A DNA stretch of 64,000 nt from an uncultured delta proteobacterium (GTDB lineage: Bacteria > Desulfobacterota > Desulfomonilia > UBA1062): contig CAWAUM010000005.1 of assembly GCA_963785235.1 (NCBI GenBank), positions 561,143 to 625,142 of the forward strand. The letters run 5' to 3'. The notes under the pieces are model-generated. The model saw only the letters and a list, made by a program, of their open reading frames with translations. It was not told the origin of the DNA and did not search any database. Positions 50,686 through 61,195 of this stretch are shown here, in pieces. Each line of letters starts with the position of its first letter. The stretch's first letter is position 1. Both the position numbers and the translations under genes were made by a program.

Positions 50686-51516
50686 TTGGGTGAGATGAAC
50701 ATGCTGCTGGTGTACTTCTCCCAGACCGGTAATACACGCAAGGTTGCCGAGTCCATGGCAGAGGCCTTTCGTGATAAAGGGCACACGGTCCGCACCCTGT
50801 CCATGAAGGAGGCTCAGCCTGCGGATATCCTGAGCTGTGATGTGCTGGGCATGGGAACGCCTTGTTTTGAAAGCCAGGCCCCCACGCCGGTCAAGGACTT
50901 TCTCACTGCCTTGCCTCCACTTTATGGCAAACCCGCCTTTGTCTTTGCCACCTCGGGCGGATCTCCCGGAAGGGTTCTCTACGACTTGGCACACATCATA
51001 CAGGGTAAAGGCGCATCGGTTCTCGCAGGTTTCATGGGGCGCGGCACGGTGCATCATCCTGCACCCTGCCTGATCGGCCGCATGCCTGGGCGCCCTAGTC
51101 ACGAAGATCTGGAACGTGCCCACTCGTTCGCCCAGGCAGTGGACAGGCAACTGCAGGCCGGCGGTACAAGCGTTATACACGAAGGGGGAAAAGACCCCTT
51201 AAGCCTCAACTGGGGATTCTATGACCTGGTTTCCCTCATCGCGAAACCATACCTGCTGCGCATCCTCCTGCCTAAGCCCAAAATTGATCAGACCCTGTGC
51301 AATCAGTGCGGGATATGCGCCGACGAATGCCCGGTGCAGAGCATTACGCTGAATACCTTGCCGGTTCTGGATGGCCGGTGCATCCGGTGCTACCACTGCC
51401 AGAACATCTGCCCTCAGAAAGCCATAAGCTCGTCCTGGCTGCTGGGCAACGTCGTGATTTTTTCGCTTTACAATACGCTCTTTGCCCGCCTCTTTGGCGA
51501 TGTTAAACCATCTTGA
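50686..51516 (+). CDS. Flavodoxin-ferredoxin fusion (EFR1-like); 3' end may be cut at the junction
   Basis: YFSQTGNT, CNQCGICADECP, CIRCYHCQNICP. Confidence 0.88.
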   Translation: MGEMNMLLVYFSQTGNTRKVAESMAEAFRDKGHTVRTLSMKEAQPADILSCDVLGMGTPCFESQAPTPVKDFLTALPPLYGKPAFVFATSGGSPGRVLYDLAHIIQGKGASVLAGFMGRGTVHHPAPCLIGRMPGRPSHEDLERAHSFAQAVDRQLQAGGTSVIHEGGKDPLSLNWGFYDLVSLIAKPYLLRILLPKPKIDQTLCNQCGICADECPVQSITLNTLPVLDGRCIRCYHCQNICPQKAISSSWLLGNVVIFSLYNTLFARLFGDVKPS

Positions 51517-52157
51517 GCAGCAACTTGTATTCGGTGCCCAGCTGCGGGTTGCGCGCCATCATGTTGCCGGCCACCGAGGCGCCGGTGGCGATCACCTGCA
51601 CCTGGCCGCGAGACGAAGGCCGAGACGGTGGCGTTGTTGTCCTCGAAGCGCTTGATGTCGGCGCTGGCCGGCGCGACCTTGGTGAGCTCCATGTCCTCGA
51701 TGGCGCCGCGCGTCACGCCGACGATCTTGCCGGCCAGGTCGGCGAAGCGGCTTGATGCGGCAGCGCCTTGGCGGCGAACACCGCCTGGAAGAAGGGCGAG
51801 TAGGCGGCGGTGAAGTCGATCACCTTCTCGCGCTCGGGGTTCTTGCCCAGCGTGGAGATGACCAGGTCGGCCTTCTTGGTCTGCAGGTAGGGGATGCGGT
51901 TGGCGCTGGTCACCGGCACCAGCTCGACCTTGACGCCCAGCTTGGCGGCGATGTAGTTGGCCATGTCGATGTCCAGGCCCTGCGGCTTCAGGTCGGTGCC
52001 GACGAAGCCGTAGGGCGGGAAGTCGGTCGGGATGGCGATGGCTGACCGGCTTCCTGGCCATCACGTTCTTCAGCGAATCGTCGGACTTGGCGGCCGAGGT
52101 TGCCAGGCTGAAGGCGGCCACCAGGCCGGCCAGGGCGGAGAGGAGCTTGGATGTCAT
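51510..52157 (-). CDS. Amino-acid ABC substrate-binding protein, frameshifted and 3' truncated
   Basis: PVTSANRIPYLQTKKADLVISTLGKNPEREKVIDF; GVTRGAIED in another frame. Confidence 0.75.
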
Positions 52158-52277
52158 CGCAGGGGCACCGAGGGGAGTTGGAAGTGCCGCCAGATCCGCA
52201 AGTCGCATGCCACCCTGCGCGGCGTGCATCGCGCCGGCCGGCGCAAGGCTGGGTGCGTTGATCGCGGCGTCGCCGCG

Positions 52278-53037
52278 TCAGGTGCGGGGCGTGGTCGCCG
52301 CGCGCCGCCCGGCCTTGGGCGGCGCGGCGGCGGGTGTGGCCACCCGGAAAATGGCCTCGAAGTCGATCTCGCCGGCCCCGGCGGCCGGCGGCTGGATGCC
52401 CTGCTCGACATGGTCCAGGTGCTCCAGCATCAACCGTTCGGCGCGTCTCACGTCGCCCGCTTCGATCGCCGCCACGATGTCGGCATGCTCGTGCTCGGGG
52501 CAGGCGCTGCTGGCCAGCGCGTCGTACTGCGCGATGGCCAGGCTGGTGAGCGCCACCAGCCGGCGCAGACTGTCGCTGAACAGCCGGTTGTCGGTGATCT
52601 CGGCCAGCCGCACGTGGAAGTCGCCGGTCAGGCGCGCCAGCAGCGCGCGGTAGTTGGCCTCGCGCGCGGCCGCCTCGCTCTGCAGGTGGGCCCGCATCCA
52701 CCGCCAGCGCCTGGCCGCCGAACTGGGTGCTGAGCTGCGCCGCCACCGCGCGTTCCAGCGCGCGCCGCACCGCGAACACGTCGCGCAGATCGCGCGGCGT
52801 CGGGCTGGCCACGAACGCGCCGCGGTTGGCGTGCAGCTCGATCACCAGTTCCTGGCTGAGCCGCTGCAGCACCTCGCGGATGCGCGGCGGCTGGCGAGGA
52901 TGCGCCAGCCGCTGCTCGCTGAGCTTGGTGCCCGGTGCCAGCCGGCGCTCGCTGATCGCGGCGAAGATGCGCTCGTAGATGTCCTGGTTGCTCAGGCGCG
53001 GGGTCGCGATGGTGGTCGGTCGGTCAGCCATGGTCAT
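52278..53037 (-). CDS. GntR/FCD regulator, frameshifted
   Basis: LAPGTKLSE, IREVL, NRGAFVA, FHVRLA, EHADIV. Confidence 0.8.
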
Positions 53038-53768
53038 CATCCACCGAGGTACAAACGCTTGATATGCTCGTCGTGCATCAGGTCGGCCGAGGGCCCTCCA
53101 GCGCCGACGCGGCCGGTCTCGAGCACATAGGCGTAGGTGCGAGATCGCCAGCGCCATGCGGGAGTTCTGCTCGACCAGGATGACGAGAGCCTTCGTCGCG
53201 GTTGATCGCCACCAGGCGCCGGGCGATCTCCCGCACCAGCTGCGGCGCGATGCCGAGCGAGGGCTCGTCGAGCAGCAGCAGCTTCGGCGCGCCATCAGCG
53301 CGCGGCCGATCGCCACCATCTGCTGCTCGCCGCCCGACAGGGTGCCGGCCTGCTGGTTACCGCTCCTTCAGCCGCGGGAAGCGCGCGAAGACCCTGTCCA
53401 GGTCGGCCGCGATCCCCGCCTTGTCGGTGCGCGTGTAGGCGCCCATCAGCAGGTTGTCCTTGACGATCATGTACGGGAAGACGTGGCGGCCCTCGGGCAC
53501 CATGCGCGATGCCGCGCGCCACGATCTCGGCGGCCGGCAGCGCCCGTCGATCCGGTCGCCGTCGAAGCAGACTCGCCCCGGCTTGACCTGCCGCAGCCCG
53601 GTGATCGCGCGCAGGGTCGATGGTCTTGCCGGCGCCGTTCGCGCCGATCAGCGCGACGATCTGCCCTTCGGTCGAGCTGCGAACGACACGCCGCTGCAAC
53701 GCGCGTCACCTTGTCGTAGCGCACCGCATGTTCTGGGCTTCGAAGTAATGCAGGGGTCTGCCGCTCAC
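53037..53768 (-). CDS. livF: Branched-chain amino-acid ABC ATPase, frameshifted
   Basis: [29 protein letters not shown] across frames. Confidence 0.75.
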
Positions 53769-54559
53769 AGCCCGAGCGCCTCGTCTTCGCTGCCCAGATA
53801 GGCCTCGATCACCTCGGGTTGGCGCTGGATCTCGGCCGGCGTGCCCTCGGCGATCTTCTTGCCGAAGTTGATGCACGACGATGCGGTCGCTGATCCGCAT
53901 CACCGCCGGCATGTCGTGCTCGACCAGGAGCACGGTGACGCCGCGCTGGCGGATGCCCGGCGGACCATGGCCACCGCGCGGTCGGTCTCCTCCGGGTTCA
54001 TGCCCGCGAACGGCTCGTCGAGCAGCAGGACCTTGGGCTCGCGCCGCCAGGGCGATCGCGATGCCCAGCGCACGCAGATAGCCGTGCGGCAGGTTGCGCG
54101 CCAGCTCGTGCCGGACGTGCGCCGAGCCCCAGATAAGTCGAGGATCTCGGCCGCACTGTCGCGGAAGCGCCGCCTCGTCGGCACGCGCGCTCGGGCAGGC
54201 CCGAAGAAGACCGCCAGGCGCGAGGCCTCGCGAGCGCAGATGGTGCGCCACCACGACGTTCTCGCAGCGCGCTCATCTCCTTGAAGATCGTCGTCTCCTG
54301 GAAGGTGCGCACCACGCCCAGCCGCGCGACGAGGTGCGGCGGCAGGCCGGTGATGTCCTCGCCCGTGAGCAGCACCTGGCCGTTGCTGGGCTTCAGAAGA
54401 GCCCGACAGCTTGAACAGCGTGCTCTTGCCGGCGCCGTTCGGGCCGATCACCGACAGGATCTCGCCCTGGCCGCGACGTCGAGGCTCGACGTCCTCGTTG
54501 ACCGTGCAGGCCGCCGAAGCGCTTGGTGAGGCTGCGCGCCTCGAGGAGGGGGCGGTCAT
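53765..54559 (-). CDS. livG: Branched-chain amino-acid ABC ATPase, frameshifted
   Basis: [29 protein letters not shown] across frames. Confidence 0.75.
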
Positions 54560-55514
54560 CGCCGCCTCCCGCGGCGTGCGCAGCGCCATCAGCCCGTTCG
54601 GCAGCAGCAGGATCACGGCGATCATCAGCACGCCGTAGATCAGCGCCTGGTACTGCTGCAGATGCGCTCAGCAGCTCGAACAGCGATGGTCAGCAGAAAG
54701 GCGCCCGACCATCGGCGCCGCAGACGAAGTCGAGCCCGCCCAGGAAGCAGTACAGCATGAAGTAGATCGACTTGGTCGACGGTGTAGCTCGTGCGGGTAG
54801 ATGTTCTGCGTGGAAGGCGGCGAAGAAGCGCCGGCCATGCCCGCCCACGCGCAGCAGAAGGCAAACGCGAGCACGCGGTAGCGCGCGACGTCGATGCCGA
54901 TGCTCTCGGCCAGGTCCTCGTTCTGCCGCAGCGAGCGGAAGACCCAGCCCAGGCGCGAGTGGTGGCCAGGCGCCAGGCCGCAACGAGCAGCCCAGCGCCA
55001 GCAGCGACGACGCGCCAGCGTAGTACGAAGCGGCCACGGGCTGTCGAATCGCCGGCGGACGGCCGCGGGATGCCGATGATGCCGCCGGCGCCTTGCGTGA
55101 GGCTCGCCGCCATTGAGGAAGGCCAGGCGGACCGCCTCGGTCAGGCTCAGAGGTCACCATCGCGAAGTAGACGCCGCGCAGCGAGGATCGGCGCAGCCGA
55201 TGGCGCGCCCACGGCGGCCGCGACCAGCGCCGAGAGCGGCAGGCACAGCCAGAAGCGACAGGCCTAGCGCGTCGACAGGATGGCGGTGGCGTAGCCGCCG
55301 ATCAGCGCAAAGGCGGCCTGGCAGATGTTGATCCGGCCGATCGTGAAGGTGAGCCAGACGCCCAGCGCGATCAGCGACAGGCCGGCGCAGTTCGATCAGC
55401 ACCGAGCATCAGGTAACGCGAGTGGCCGAGGCACCAGCGGCAGCACGAGCAGCAGGGCCAGCGCAGGCCCGGCGCGCGATGGCGAGGTCGGGCGCTTCTG
55501 TCAGGGGATTGCAT
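54556..55514 (-). CDS. livM: Branched-chain amino-acid ABC permease, frameshifted
   Basis: GGIIGIPRP, FLGGL, LLLPNGL fragments. Confidence 0.65.
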
Positions 55515-55519
55515 GCGGC

Positions 55520-56394
55520 TCAGCCCCAGGGCTTGCCCAAGAGCCCTTGCGGTCGGAACATCAGGAACACGATCATCGCCACGAAGATCAGCAGATAGGT
55601 GATCGAGCCCGGGCAGCAGGGCGTAGCCGATCGCCTCGGCGAAGCCCAGCAGCACGGCCGCCCAGGATCGCGCCGGCGACCACGCCGGCGCCGCCGATCA
55701 TGATCATGATGAAGGCCTTGGTGGAGATCGCGGTGCCGATGCCGGAGTTGACGCCGTACACGGTGACCAGCAGGCCGCCGGCGAGCCCGGCCAGCGCCGC
55801 GCCGATGCCGAAGCCCAGCGCTGAGATCCGGCCGACGTCGACGCCCATGAGCTGCGCGCCTCCTTGTCCTGCGCGACCGCCCGCATCGCGCGGCCGGGCT
55901 TGGTGTACTGCACGAAAGCCAGCAGGCCCACGATGGCGGCAGCGAGATCAGCACCGCCACCAGCCGGTTGGGCAGGCAGGATGGCGCCGCCCTCGGCACG
56001 TCCGAAGAGAAGGCGCCGTCGACCACGGCCGGCACGCCGCGCTGCTTCTCGCCGAACAGCGTGAGCGCCAGGTTCTCGAGCAGCAGCGCCGTGCCGACCG
56101 CCATCAGCATCAGTTCTCCTCGCGCGTGGCGAGGCCAGCACCGGCGGAAGAACAGCCGTTCGAACAGCACGCCCATCAGCGCCAGCGCCGAGCGCGGCGG
56201 CCGGCAGGCGCCAGGCAGAGGGCAGGCCCCAGTACTGGCCGTAGAGGTAGTACACGACGAACGCCGCCCAGCATGTACATCTGGCCGTGCGCGAAGTTCA
56301 CCACCCGCATGATGCTGAACACCATCGTCAGGCCCAGCGCGATCAGGGCGTAGACGGTGCCCAGCACCAGGCCGTTGATCAGGACCTGGAACAT
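55520..56394 (-). CDS. livH: Branched-chain amino-acid ABC permease, frameshifted
   Basis: NGLVLGTVYALIALGLTMVF...NFAHG, GRAMRAVAQD, RPQGLLG. Confidence 0.78.
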
Positions 56395-56455
56395 CGAGGC
56401 GCCCTCGGTGGAACTCGGGACAACCGGACTGGCGCCCGGCCGTCAAGGCGGAGCC

Positions 56456-56858
56456 TCAGTTTTTGATGGTTCCGACAAACAGTGTCTTGAAGTCCTTGCC
56501 GTCGAACTCGCTGACCACCAGCGGCACGCCCACCTGGCTGCGGCGGCCGAAGTCGGCATTGCCGGCGAACTCCAGCTTGGTGCGTCGCCCTTCACAAACG
56601 GGTTGGTCATCGAGAAGCTGGCCATCTCCTTCTTGAACACCTCCACGTCGTTCAGCGCGGCCGGGTTCTTCTTCAGCACCGCCAGGATCAGCTCCAGCGC
56701 GTACACCTTGGTGCCGGCCTCGTCGTTCCACTCGCCGACGCGCTTCTTGTAGGCGGCGATGAACTCCTTCATGTAGTCGCTCTGGATCTCGGGCGTGGAC
56801 GCGCCGCCCACGCTGATGAAGCCCTTGGCCTTGTCACCCGCCACCTGGGCCAGGATCT
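56456..56858 (-). CDS. C-terminal part of a LivK-like substrate-binding protein, 5' truncated at junction
   Basis: Position upstream of livH; reading ends abruptly at ~56858. Confidence 0.6.
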
Positions 56859-56945
56859 ACCGTGGAGTTCGCGGCGGCCGTGGATGCGCAGCGGAGGAGC
56901 ATCGCCGCCACCGCCAAGGCCCTGGGGATCCAGCCGACGCGATAG
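56856..56945 (+). CDS. C-terminal fragment of a probable TctC/Bug substrate-binding protein
   Basis: STVEFAAAVDAQRRSIAATAKALGIQPTR*. Confidence 0.45.
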   Translation, partial: STVEFAAAVDAQRRSIAATAKALGIQPTR

Positions 56946-56960
56946 GGGGGAAAACGTCTG

Positions 56961-57040
56961 CTCTTGCGTGTCCCGGGCAGTAAAGCGCGCGCCCGCACGC
57001 GCGCAAACGCGCGCTCGCTTGGCCGGGGCACGCCCGGGAC
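56961..57040. repeat. GC-rich palindromic intergenic repeat, copy 1
   Basis: GTGTCCCG...GCGCTCGCTTGGCCGGGGCACGC, shared with 58320-58540. Confidence 0.65.
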
Positions 57041-57046
57041 GTGGTG

Positions 57047-57448
57047 CTACGTCAATGCTTCGATGCCGGATGCAGTGGGCCGGATAGAGCGGTCCACCAC
57101 CGCCTTGAAGGCGTCGCGGCAGCGCCACCAGAACAGCGACCAGGGCGGCACTTGCGCGATCAACGCGCTGAGATACTCCGCTTCCCGCTTCCACCGGTCG
57201 CGGCTTTCCATCACCCGGTCGACGGACCGGGAGAGAAAATCTTTGGTCTTGCGCGCTTCCTCGTCCATCGCGCGCAGTTGCTCCACTTCGACCCGCAGCA
57301 AATTCAACTCGATGAGCAGCAGCTTCATTTCCCGCCGCATGACAGGCAGCGGATCGTGCGCGTCCCGCGGGGCCGCCGGAAGAACGTGCACGAACGGATG
57401 GTCGTCGGCAGTGGACTGATTCAGCATGCGCACAGTGTGTCGAAGCAT
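57047..57448 (-). CDS. Hypothetical coiled-coil protein
   Basis: Heptad-like segment ending SRDRWKREAE...PWSLFWWR. Confidence 0.55.
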   Translation of the reverse strand: MLRHTVRMLNQSTADDHPFVHVLPAAPRDAHDPLPVMRREMKLLLIELNLLRVEVEQLRAMDEEARKTKDFLSRSVDRVMESRDRWKREAEYLSALIAQVPPWSLFWWRCRDAFKAVVDRSIRPTASGIEALT

Positions 57449-57514
57449 GGTTTACAGACGGTTGACCATGGAATCCAAAGCGGCCTCGATCGCGCCGGTG
57501 TGCTAAGGAGGAGC

Positions 57515-58306
57515 ATGACCGAGGCCCGCCCGACCTTCGACGACGGCGCCGCCTATGACGAGTTCATGGGGCGCTGGAGCCGCGCCGTGGGCGCGGTGTT
57601 CCTCGACTGGCTCGCCGCGCCGGGGAAGGCGGCGTGGCTCGACGTCGGCTGCGGCACCGGCGCGTTCACCACCCTGATCGTCAAGACCTGCAAACCCGCG
57701 CGCGTGGCGGCGGTCGACCCCGGAGCGGCGCAGATCGAATTCGCACGCCGGCAGGCGGTGGCGAAGCGCGCGGATTTCCGCGTCGCCGACGCGCAGACGC
57801 TGCCGTTTTCCGACGGCACCTTCGACGTGGTCGCGTCAGCGCTGGTGATCAACTTCATTCCCGACCGCGCGCGCGCCGTCGCCGAGATGCGCCGGGTCAC
57901 CAGGCCGTACGGCACGGTCGGCGGCTATGTGTGGGATTTCGCCGCCGACCGCAGCCCGAGCTGGCCGTTCAACCGCGCGTTCGGCGGTCTCGGCATCGAC
58001 CCGCCGCAGCTGCCCGGCACGCCTGACTCGACGCTCGACGGGCTCGCCGCCCTGTTCGCGGGCGCGGGCTTCGACGACATCGCCACGCGCGCGATCGACG
58101 GCACCTGTGCGTTCAAGGACTTCGACACCTTCTGGCGCACCCAGACGCCGCTCATGCACCCCGTCGGCAAGCTGGTCGCCGCGATGTCGGAGGCGGATCG
58201 TGCCGCCCTGATGGACGCCGTGCGGGCGCAAGTGCCCGCGGGCCCGGACGGCAAGATCGCCTACGCCGCGCGCGCCAATGCGGTGAAGGGGCGCGTGCCG
58301 CGGTGA
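57515..58306 (+). CDS. Class I SAM-dependent methyltransferase
   Basis: YDEFMGRWS, WLDVGCGTG, ADAQTLPF, FDVV; AGGAGG RBS. Confidence 0.92.
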   Translation: MTEARPTFDDGAAYDEFMGRWSRAVGAVFLDWLAAPGKAAWLDVGCGTGAFTTLIVKTCKPARVAAVDPGAAQIEFARRQAVAKRADFRVADAQTLPFSDGTFDVVASALVINFIPDRARAVAEMRRVTRPYGTVGGYVWDFAADRSPSWPFNRAFGGLGIDPPQLPGTPDSTLDGLAALFAGAGFDDIATRAIDGTCAFKDFDTFWRTQTPLMHPVGKLVAAMSEADRAALMDAVRAQVPAGPDGKIAYAARANAVKGRVPR

Positions 58307-58319
58307 TGTGTGCGGCATT

Positions 58320-58540
58320 CTCTTGTGTCCCGAGCGAGCCCCCGGGTCCGCGCGACGCGCGGCCCGAGGATAAACTCCACGAGACCCGGGACCTCAGGGG
58401 CCGCACGAGCGGATCAGCGATCGCGGCGAGAAAGAATGGGCGAGAGCGAGCCCCGGAGCCCTGGGCCCCGGCTCGCGCTCGCGCGCGAGTTTGTGCGTCA
58501 CTGCGGAAGAAGGGCGCTCGCTTGGCCGGGGCACGCTCGG
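58320..58540. repeat. GC-rich palindromic intergenic repeat/MITE-like, copy 2
   Basis: TGTGTCCCGAG start and GCGCTCGCTTGGCCGGGGCACGC end, internal hairpins. Confidence 0.6.
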
Positions 58541-58593
58541 CAGGTGCGGGCCCGTTGACCCCCCGCGCTTCGCCGCTATGATCCCGCCCGCCT

Positions 58594-58680
58594 GCCCCTG
58601 TGGCGGAATTGGTAGACGCGCCTGACTCAAAATCAGGTGATGGCAACATCGTGCTGGTTCGAGTCCGGCCAGGGGCACCA
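58594..58680 (+). tRNA. tRNA-Leu(CAA)
   Basis: GCCCCTG...GGAATTGGTAGACGC, CCTGA-CT-CAA-AA-TCAGG, long variable arm, GGTTCGAGTCC, CAGGGGCACCA; TTGACC/TATGAT promoter upstream. Confidence 0.96.
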
Positions 58681-58783
58681 CTTCGTCGTTCGCGGTCGTT
58701 CGCGTTTGTTCGCTGAAGGCCAAATAATGCAGTAACTGCCGGCATTTGTTGCGTCGGCCTGTTCGCTGCGGTGCGCGGCGATC

Positions 58784-58853
58784 TGTTGGTATCCGCGCGT
58801 TTTGTTGGTATCTTTGTTGGTATCGTGCGAGCCCCACGGGGACGATACCAACA
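58784..58853. repeat. Integrase arm-type sites
   Basis: TGTTGGTATC at 58784, 58803, 58815 and inverted GATACCAACA at 58844. Confidence 0.8.
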
Positions 58854-60067
58854 TGCTCAACGACACTCGGGTACGCAACGCCAAGCGTGCCGATCGGCCA
58901 ATCAAGCTCTCGGATGGGGGCGGGCTTCATCTGTTGATCCAGCCGAACGGCAGCAAACTGTGGCGACTCGCTTACAGGTTTGGCGGAAAACAGAAGACGC
59001 TGGCCATTGGCGTCTATCCAACGGTGACGTTGAAGCACGCGCGGGAGAAACGCGACGAGGCCAAGCGACTGCTCGCCGATAATATCGATCCCTCGACGCA
59101 ACGCCGGCTGGAAAAACTGACGGCGGCAAGTGGCAATACCTTCCGGGCTGTTGCCGAAGAGGTGTTGGTGAAGCTCGAGCGGGAGGGGCGCACGGACGTG
59201 ACTCTCGCCAAGAAGCGTTGGTTGCTCGACTTTGCCTATCCGGCAATCGGCGAGCGTCCTGTAGCCGAAATCACCGCGCCAGAGGTGCTTGCGGTTCTTC
59301 GCAAAGTCGAGGCGCGCGGGCGATACGAGACCGCGCGGCGGCTGCGCAGCACATGCGGCATGGTGTTTCGGTATGCCATCGCTACCGGCAGGGCCGAGCG
59401 CGATCCGTCAGTCGACTTGCGGGGGGCGTTGACTGCTCCAAAAGTCATTCACCGAGCCGCCATCGTAGATCCAGCTGGTATCGGCGCGCTGCTCCGGGCC
59501 ATCGAGGATTACGACGGACTGCCACTGACGAAAGCAGCCTTGCAGCTTGCGCCGCTGGTCTTTGTCCGTCCGGGCGAGCTTCGCAAGGCTGAATGGGCTG
59601 AATTTGATCTTGAGCAAGCCGAGTGGCGCATCCCGGCGGCGAAAATGAAAATGCGCCGCTTGCATCGAGTTCCCCTCTCAAGGCAAGCGCTTGCGATTAT
59701 TCGTGACTTGCAGGCATTCAGCCGTGATGGGCGGTGGCTATTCCCGTCCGTGCGCAGCATTTCCCGGCCCATGTCCGAGAATACCTTGAATGCTGCGTTG
59801 CGGCGGCTCGGCTATAGCAAGAAGCAGATGACCGCTCACGGCTTCAAAGGAATGGCGTCAACGCGATTGAACGAAATGGGTTGCTGGAATCCCGATGCCA
59901 TCGAGCGGCAACTTGCACACCAGGAATCGGACGATGTTCGGCGCGCTTACATGCATGCAGCCGAATACTGGCCGGAGCGCGTCAAGATGATGCAGGCTTG
60001 GGCCGATTATCTCGACGAATTGAGAGACGCCGGGAAAGTCATCCCGTTGCGACGCGAGAATGCTTAA
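58853..60067 (+). CDS. P4-like tyrosine integrase
   Basis: DGGGL arm-binding domain, VRPGELR, KMK, AHGFK (R->K in HxxR), QLAH, RAY. Confidence 0.95.
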   Translation: MLNDTRVRNAKRADRPIKLSDGGGLHLLIQPNGSKLWRLAYRFGGKQKTLAIGVYPTVTLKHAREKRDEAKRLLADNIDPSTQRRLEKLTAASGNTFRAVAEEVLVKLEREGRTDVTLAKKRWLLDFAYPAIGERPVAEITAPEVLAVLRKVEARGRYETARRLRSTCGMVFRYAIATGRAERDPSVDLRGALTAPKVIHRAAIVDPAGIGALLRAIEDYDGLPLTKAALQLAPLVFVRPGELRKAEWAEFDLEQAEWRIPAAKMKMRRLHRVPLSRQALAIIRDLQAFSRDGRWLFPSVRSISRPMSENTLNAALRRLGYSKKQMTAHGFKGMASTRLNEMGCWNPDAIERQLAHQESDDVRRAYMHAAEYWPERVKMMQAWADYLDELRDAGKVIPLRRENA

Positions 60068-60093
60068 GAGAGCGACAAGCTGGTGTCGTTGCC

Positions 60094-60137
60094 CTCTCAC
60101 GGCGAAAACAGGGGTTCGAGTCCCCTAGGGAGCGCCA
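60094..60137 (+). other. tRNA-Glu(CTC) 3' fragment, copy 1 (att-like)
   Basis: CTCTCACGGCGAAAACAGGGGTTCGAGTCCCCTAGGGAGCGCCA, no 5' half. Confidence 0.85.
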
Positions 60138-60311
60138 ATAATATCAATGACTTACATTTTGAGAGTTGCTAGTGTCCCGTCCGTGTCCCGTCGGGATTCT
60201 GGGCTCGCGAGCGTGAGCCGACGGCGTTTGCCTTGGCCAGGAGGGTCTCGGTGCCCGCCAAAAAGCAAGCCACGGACTTGACTCCTCAGTTGGCGGCCTC
60301 ACCGTCTGACC

Positions 60312-60683
60312 ATGAGCAAGGCAATACCTAAAGAGTGTATGGCTCTTCTAAAAGAAGCCAGCGAGATGTTCAGCGAAACAGGTTGCGTGCCTGGTATCGA
60401 TGGAGAAGAGGTGCCAGCTGAAACGATAGTGCCGGATGCGAAGGAATACATCTCGGAGACAATCGACGACCCAGAAGCAATTTACGATCCGGAGATATGG
60501 GATACATCAGGGTTTGCGCTGGTCCTTTCGTGGCTGGCACAAAAATGGAATCAAAGATGCCGCAAGCTCGCCGGCAGTAAGAACCCTGAGCAATATCCGA
60601 CCAAAGAACAACAAAAGGCGTGTCTCGAGATGGCCGCGGCTGAGTTGATCCGGGAAATTACGCAAGGACGATCATTGAACTAA
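60312..60683 (+). CDS. Orphan hypothetical protein between the tRNA-Glu fragments
   Basis: 123-aa ORF, lower GC than flanks. Confidence 0.55.
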   Translation: MSKAIPKECMALLKEASEMFSETGCVPGIDGEEVPAETIVPDAKEYISETIDDPEAIYDPEIWDTSGFALVLSWLAQKWNQRCRKLAGSKNPEQYPTKEQQKACLEMAAAELIREITQGRSLN

Positions 60684-60733
60684 ATTTAGTAGGACGGTTC
60701 TGCTAAAAGATTCTCGACGACGCTTCTGCGTCT

Positions 60734-60777
60734 CTCTCACGGCGAAAACAGGGGTTCGAGTTCCCTAGGGAGCGCCA
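60734..60777 (+). other. tRNA-Glu(CTC) 3' fragment, copy 2 (att-like)
   Basis: 43/44 identical to 60094-60137. Confidence 0.85.
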
Positions 60778-61195
60778 AGCATTTCAAATATTTGGGCGCA
60801 AACGGCAATCCAGTGTCCAACGCATGTCCGATAAACGTCTGTGGACACGCAGAGACTTGTCCTCTCAACTATCTGCATTTGCTCGATCATGAAGCGAACA
60901 TGGCGTTTGATTTCGTCGAGTACTTGGATGGCGACGGCGCGATCGTCTTCAGGCACACGTTCAAATTCAGAGCCCATCCGGGAAGTTTAGCTTCATGACG
61001 AGGTGTTTGCAGCGAGCCGCCTGAGCATCGAACGGAATGCTACGACGGTTGTGGCGTAGCGTAAAAGTCACGAGCCAAGCGGCGGTTGCGGCTGATCCAC
61101 GCAAAAGTTCGTTCGACGATCCAGAAAACCTCGAAGCCGGCAGCATCGGAACGCTTCACGATGCGCATAGAGCGTGGCCCAACTAGGTCCTGCAT

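Noticed and set aside
51510-56858. Programmed frameshifting or mass pseudogenisation of the liv cluster
   Set aside because: Indels are dense and irregular in every gene, which fits sequencing error
60094-60777. Functional tRNA-Glu genes
   Set aside because: Both lack the acceptor 5' strand and D arm
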